Shown one piece after another: positions 58,273 to 64,000 of a DNA stretch of 64,000 nt. Source of the DNA: an uncultured Erysipelotrichia bacterium (GTDB taxonomy: Bacteria > Bacillota_I > Bacilli_A > CAYWJS01). Positions within the stretch are counted from its first letter, which is position 1. Every line of letters starts with the position of its first letter. Both the position numbers and the translations under genes were made by a program. The stretch lies in assembly GCA_964458855.1 (NCBI GenBank), contig CAYWJS010000001.1:70906-134905 (forward strand), read 5' to 3'. Below the pieces are notes generated by a model. It had not been told where the DNA came from and made no database searches. It saw nothing but the letters and a program-made list of their open reading frames with translations.

Positions 58273-59394
58273 ATGAGATTTCAAGTAAAAAAAGATGTGC
58301 TTTTAGACAGTATTTTAAATGTATCACGAGCAATATCTACTAAAACACCAATTCCTGCATTACAGGGGATCCTTTTTGAAGTTACAAATGATGGACTTTA
58401 TTTAACAGGAAGTAATACAGAATATAGTATTAAAACATTTATCCCTAAATCAGAAGATTTACAAATTGAAAAGACAGGTTCAATTGTTATTCAAAGTCGT
58501 TATATTGTAGAAATAGTAAGAAAAACAAATGATGAGTTTATTAATTTTGAAATTGTTGATGGTTTTCTTATAAAAATTATTTCAAGTAATTCAGAAGTTA
58601 ATTTAAATGGAATAAATCCAAAGGAATACCAAAAAATAGATTTTGATTTAAAAGGAAAACCAATAACATTTACAGCAAAAGAATTTAAAACAATTGTTGA
58701 ACAAACAACTTTTGCAACTTCTTTAAGTGAAAACAGACCACTTCTTACAGGAGTTAATTTTAGAATAAATGGAAAACTACTTGAATGTACAGCAACTGAT
58801 TCATACCGCTTATCAAGAAAAAGAGTAAAACTAGAAGAGACAATAGATAAAAGTATTAATATTGTAATTCCGAGTAAAAGTTTAAATGAACTTGCAAAGT
58901 TATTCCTTGAAGATGAAGAAAAACTTGAAATGTATGTTTTTGGTACAAAAGTAATCTTTAAGTATGGAACGACCCTTTTAAATTCACGTTTACTTGAAGG
59001 AACTTATCCAGATACATCAAAGTTAATACCAGAAAAATTTGAAAAAGTTTATGTAGTAAATACACAAGAGATTTTTGATGCAACAGATCGTGCGTCTTTA
59101 TTGAGTTCTGATCACGTAAATAATATAGTAAATTTAGAAGTTAAAGGAAGTAAGGGTTATCTAACATCTAATACACCAGAAGTAGGAAGAATTGAAGAAA
59201 AATTTTCAGTAGATAATAAAAACAATGAAAACATTAAAGTATCATTTAATGCAAGGTATTTTATGGATGCTTTAAAGGCATTAAATTCTCTTGAAACTGA
59301 AATATCAATTAATGATGAAGTTAGTCCATTTATTATCAGAAACGTTCATGATGATACAATTGTTCAACTTATTTTACCAGTAAGAACTTATTAA
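58273..59394 (+). CDS. dnaN: DNA polymerase III beta sliding clamp
   Basis: 373 aa with three-domain clamp architecture. The N-terminus MRFQVKKDVLLDSILNVSRAIS is present. Confidence 0.95.
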   Translation: MRFQVKKDVLLDSILNVSRAISTKTPIPALQGILFEVTNDGLYLTGSNTEYSIKTFIPKSEDLQIEKTGSIVIQSRYIVEIVRKTNDEFINFEIVDGFLIKIISSNSEVNLNGINPKEYQKIDFDLKGKPITFTAKEFKTIVEQTTFATSLSENRPLLTGVNFRINGKLLECTATDSYRLSRKRVKLEETIDKSINIVIPSKSLNELAKLFLEDEEKLEMYVFGTKVIFKYGTTLLNSRLLEGTYPDTSKLIPEKFEKVYVVNTQEIFDATDRASLLSSDHVNNIVNLEVKGSKGYLTSNTPEVGRIEEKFSVDNKNNENIKVSFNARYFMDALKALNSLETEISINDEVSPFIIRNVHDDTIVQLILPVRTY

Positions 59395-59401
59395 AAAAAA
59401 A

Positions 59402-59432
59402 TAAAAGAAGGAATTGTTAAAATTCCTTCTTT
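59402..59432 (+). terminator. Hairpin (aaagaaggaatt-gttaaa-attccttcttt) after dnaN
   Basis: A 12-bp inverted repeat followed by a T-run. Confidence 0.55.
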
Positions 59433-59626
59433 TTAATTGTTTTTTATGTTATAATTATATTGTATAGGTGGTAGAGGTGGAACAAGTTAAAACTAAGGTA
59501 ATTTTCGCATTTTTTTCGCATTTTTTAAAACCTGCAGGTATTGTTAATAGTGGTGGTCTCAGAGAGGAGATTTTTTAATTATGAGCCTTCTTTTAAAACT
59601 ACCGCTATATTTTATGAAGTGAGGTT

Positions 59627-60745
59627 TTGAAAATGTTTATTCAGAAAGTAAAATTAAAAAACTTTCGAAATTATGATACCTTAGAACTTGATTTCACAAA
59701 AAATTTAAATGTTTTATATGGGGATAACGCTCAAGGAAAAACAAATTTTTTAGAGGCAATTTATTATGGAGCTTTTACAAGATCATATCGTGCTGATAAT
59801 GTTTTAGATTTAATAAAACTTAATGAAGATTTTTTTAAGTTAGAAATTGAAATTAAAGATAAGGATGACACAAAAAAAATTGAAATTGTAACAACTAAAA
59901 AAGGAAAAAAAATACAGGTAAACAAAGTTGATATTAAAAGAATTAGTGATTATATTGGAAATTTAAATGTTGTCTTATTTGCACCAGAAGATAATTTTTT
60001 AATTAAAGGGACACCAGCATCCAGGAGAACTTTTTTAGATATGGAAATAGGGCAAGTATCAAAGCAATATATTAATGTATTATCAGAATATAATCACTTA
60101 TTAAAACAAAGAAACGAATATTTAAAAACAATGTTTATAAATAGCTTTGCAGATAAAGAGTATTTAGATGTTTTAACAGAAAGAATAATTGAAAAAAGCA
60201 TTTTTATTTATTCTGCAAGAGTTGACTATATAAAAAAAATAAACGAAAAAATTGGGAACTTATATAAAAACATAACGGGAATAGATAATTTAGTTATAAA
60301 ATACTCTCCATCGATTGATTTTGAAGAGTTTACTGAAGAAGAAATAAAAGAAAAGATGTTAGAAAGATTTGACCACCTTTTAGATCGTGAAATGAGTCAA
60401 GGAAACACATTAATTGGTCCACATCGAGATGACTTTTCTTTTCTAATTGATGAGAAAAATTTAAAAATTTTTGGATCACAAGGACAACAAAGACTTGCAA
60501 TATTATGTTTTAAATTAGCAGAACTAGATTATATTAAAGAAAAAACAGGATATTATCCAATAATTTTATTTGATGATGTTTTTAGTGAGTTAGATAATAT
60601 TCACAAAAATAAATTGTTACAGCATATAAATAAAGATGTTCAAACATTTATTACAACAACAAATGGAGAAAACATTAATAAGGAATTTGTAACAGATGTT
60701 GATTTTTTTGTTGTAGAGAATTCAAAAATAGAAAAACAAAAATAA
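59627..60745 (+). CDS. recF: DNA replication and repair protein RecF
   Basis: Walker A GDNAQGKTN, an SMC-like signature and Walker B ILFDDVFSELD are present. Confidence 0.95.
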   Translation: MKMFIQKVKLKNFRNYDTLELDFTKNLNVLYGDNAQGKTNFLEAIYYGAFTRSYRADNVLDLIKLNEDFFKLEIEIKDKDDTKKIEIVTTKKGKKIQVNKVDIKRISDYIGNLNVVLFAPEDNFLIKGTPASRRTFLDMEIGQVSKQYINVLSEYNHLLKQRNEYLKTMFINSFADKEYLDVLTERIIEKSIFIYSARVDYIKKINEKIGNLYKNITGIDNLVIKYSPSIDFEEFTEEEIKEKMLERFDHLLDREMSQGNTLIGPHRDDFSFLIDEKNLKIFGSQGQQRLAILCFKLAELDYIKEKTGYYPIILFDDVFSELDNIHKNKLLQHINKDVQTFITTTNGENINKEFVTDVDFFVVENSKIEKQK

Positions 60746-62680
<1,935 letters not shown>

Positions 62681-62690
62681 GAGGATTAAT

Positions 62691-64000
62691 ATGGGGACAA
62701 TAAAACAAGTATATATTACAGATGAAATGAAAACATCATTTATTGATTATGCAATGAGTGTTATTGTAGCACGTGCTCTTCCTGATGTAAGAGATGGGCT
62801 TAAACCAGTTCACAGAAGAGTACTTTACGCAATGAATGATTTAGGTATTACTGCTGACAAACCATATAAAAAGAGTGCAAGAATTACTGGTGAAGTTATT
62901 GGTAAATATCACCCACATGGTGATCAAGCAGTATACGAAACAATGGTACGTATGGCACAAGACTTTTCAATGCGTTATATGTTAGTAGATGGACATGGTA
63001 ACTTTGGTTCAATAGATGGGGACCAAGCTGCAGCAATGCGTTATACAGAAGCGCGTTTAAGTAAAATTGCCATGGAAATGCTACGAGATATTAATAAAAA
63101 TACAGTTGATTTTGGGGATAACTATGACGGAAGCGAAAAAGAACCACTTGTTTTACCAAGTAGATTTCCAAATCTTTTAGTAAATGGTTCAACAGGAATT
63201 GCTGTTGGAATGGCAACAAATATTCCTCCTCATAATTTGAGCGAGGTTATTGATGCTATTTTTGCACTTATCGATAATCCGGATTTAACAGTTATTGAAC
63301 TTATGGAATATATTAAAGGTCCTGATTTTCCAACAGGTGCAACAATTCTTGGTAATAGTGGAATTAAAAAAGCTTATGAAACCGGGAAAGGCATTATTAA
63401 GATTCGAGCAAATTGTGAAATTGTAAAAGATAATAATGGTCGTGAATCAATTATAGTTACAGAAATTCCTTACCAAGTTAATAAGGCAAATTTAGTAGAG
63501 AAAATTGCAAATTTAGTAAAAGAAGAAAAAATTACAGGCATATCTGATTTACGCGATGAATCTAATATGTACGGAATCAGAATTGTAATAGAAATTAAAA
63601 AGGATGCAAATGCAAATATTGTTTTAAATAATTTATATAATGCTGGTATATTGCAAGTAAGTTATGGAATAAATATGCTCGCTCTTGTAAACAGCGAACC
63701 TAAATTGTTATCACTTAAGGAAATGCTAGGGCACTATATTGATTTTCAAAAGGAAGTTATTACTCGTCGCACTCAATTTGATTTAGAAAAAGCTGAAACT
63801 CGTGCCCATATTTTAGAAGGATTAATTATTGCTTTAGAAAATATTGATGAAGTAGTTGTTTTAATTAAAAAATCCAAAAATGATGAAGAAGCCAAAAAAG
63901 GATTAATTGAAAAGTTTAAGTTATCTTCTGAACAAGCAACAGCAATTCTAGAAATGAAACTTAGACGGCTTACAGGGTTAGAAAGATCTAAAATTGAAGA
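62691..64000 (+). CDS. gyrA: DNA gyrase subunit A (N-terminal part; continues beyond the window)
   Basis: Manual translation from the ATG at 62691 gives [48 protein letters not shown], the QRDR context and the catalytic-Tyr region. A GGAGGA RBS lies upstream. Confidence 0.95.
   Translation, partial: MGTIKQVYITDEMKTSFIDYAMSVIVARALPDVRDGLKPVHRRVLYAMNDLGITADKPYKKSARITGEVIGKYHPHGDQAVYETMVRMAQDFSMRYMLVDGHGNFGSIDGDQAAAMRYTEARLSKIAMEMLRDINKNTVDFGDNYDGSEKEPLVLPSRFPNLLVNGSTGIAVGMATNIPPHNLSEVIDAIFALIDNPDLTVIELMEYIKGPDFPTGATILGNSGIKKAYETGKGIIKIRANCEIVKDNNGRESIIVTEIPYQVNKANLVEKIANLVKEEKITGISDLRDESNMYGIRIVIEIKKDANANIVLNNLYNAGILQVSYGINMLALVNSEPKLLSLKEMLGHYIDFQKEVITRRTQFDLEKAETRAHILEGLIIALENIDEVVVLIKKSKNDEEAKKGLIEKFKLSSEQATAILEMKLRRLTGLERSKIE

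Noticed and set aside
59580-59626. The micro-ORF MSLLLKLPLYFMK as a real gene
   Set aside because: 13 codons with no RBS. It is noted only as a possible remnant or leader feature inside the dnaN-recF spacer finding.

Overview
This is a gene-dense window from the replication-origin region of an AT-rich, low-GC Firmicute chromosome. Its gene order is Clostridia/Bacillus-like. The origin core is intact: rnpA-rpmH, a DnaA-box cluster, dnaA, a second box/AT-rich region, dnaN, recF, gyrB and gyrA on the + strand, with yidC-jag-mnmE ... mnmG-parA-parB on the - strand. About 70 genes sit mostly on the - strand. They include uvrBA, ftsEX plus a coiled-coil M23 hydrolase, prfB with its programmed +1 frameshift, secA, hpf, csp, comFA, degV, tagO-like, mreB/mbl, a sporulation set (spoIIID, spoIIQ-like, spoIID, spoIIR, gerQ), prmC-prfA, rpmE, tdk, murA, fba, rpoE, a class A PBP, pta, ung, rlmH, an HtrA-like protease, walJ-like, the replicative helicase, rplI-rpsR-ssb-rpsF, ychF, abgT and mscS. 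The standard genetic code is in use: both release-factor genes are present and TGA serves as a stop. No rRNA, tRNA, CRISPR array, transposase or integrase was found. The items that are not ordinary housekeeping are these. (1) Three dispersed paralogous prepilin-type (class III signal peptide) proteins carry large C-terminal domains, one of them a LamG/concanavalin-like domain, and each is inserted singly into an otherwise conserved housekeeping block. (2) A 691-aa multidomain protein with a Mre11/SbcD-like calcineurin-type metallophosphoesterase core appears to be co-transcribed with a ZIP metal transporter. The pair sits between mnmE and mnmG, rsmG is missing, and one prepilin-like paralog occupies the rsmG slot. 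(3) The wal-type module is reduced to walJ plus an HtrA-like protease, preceded by a LysM-M23 hydrolase. (4) Two unknown genes lie between secA and prfB. Coordinates I derived by hand (internal starts, hairpins, rpmH, DnaA boxes) may be off by 1-2 nt.
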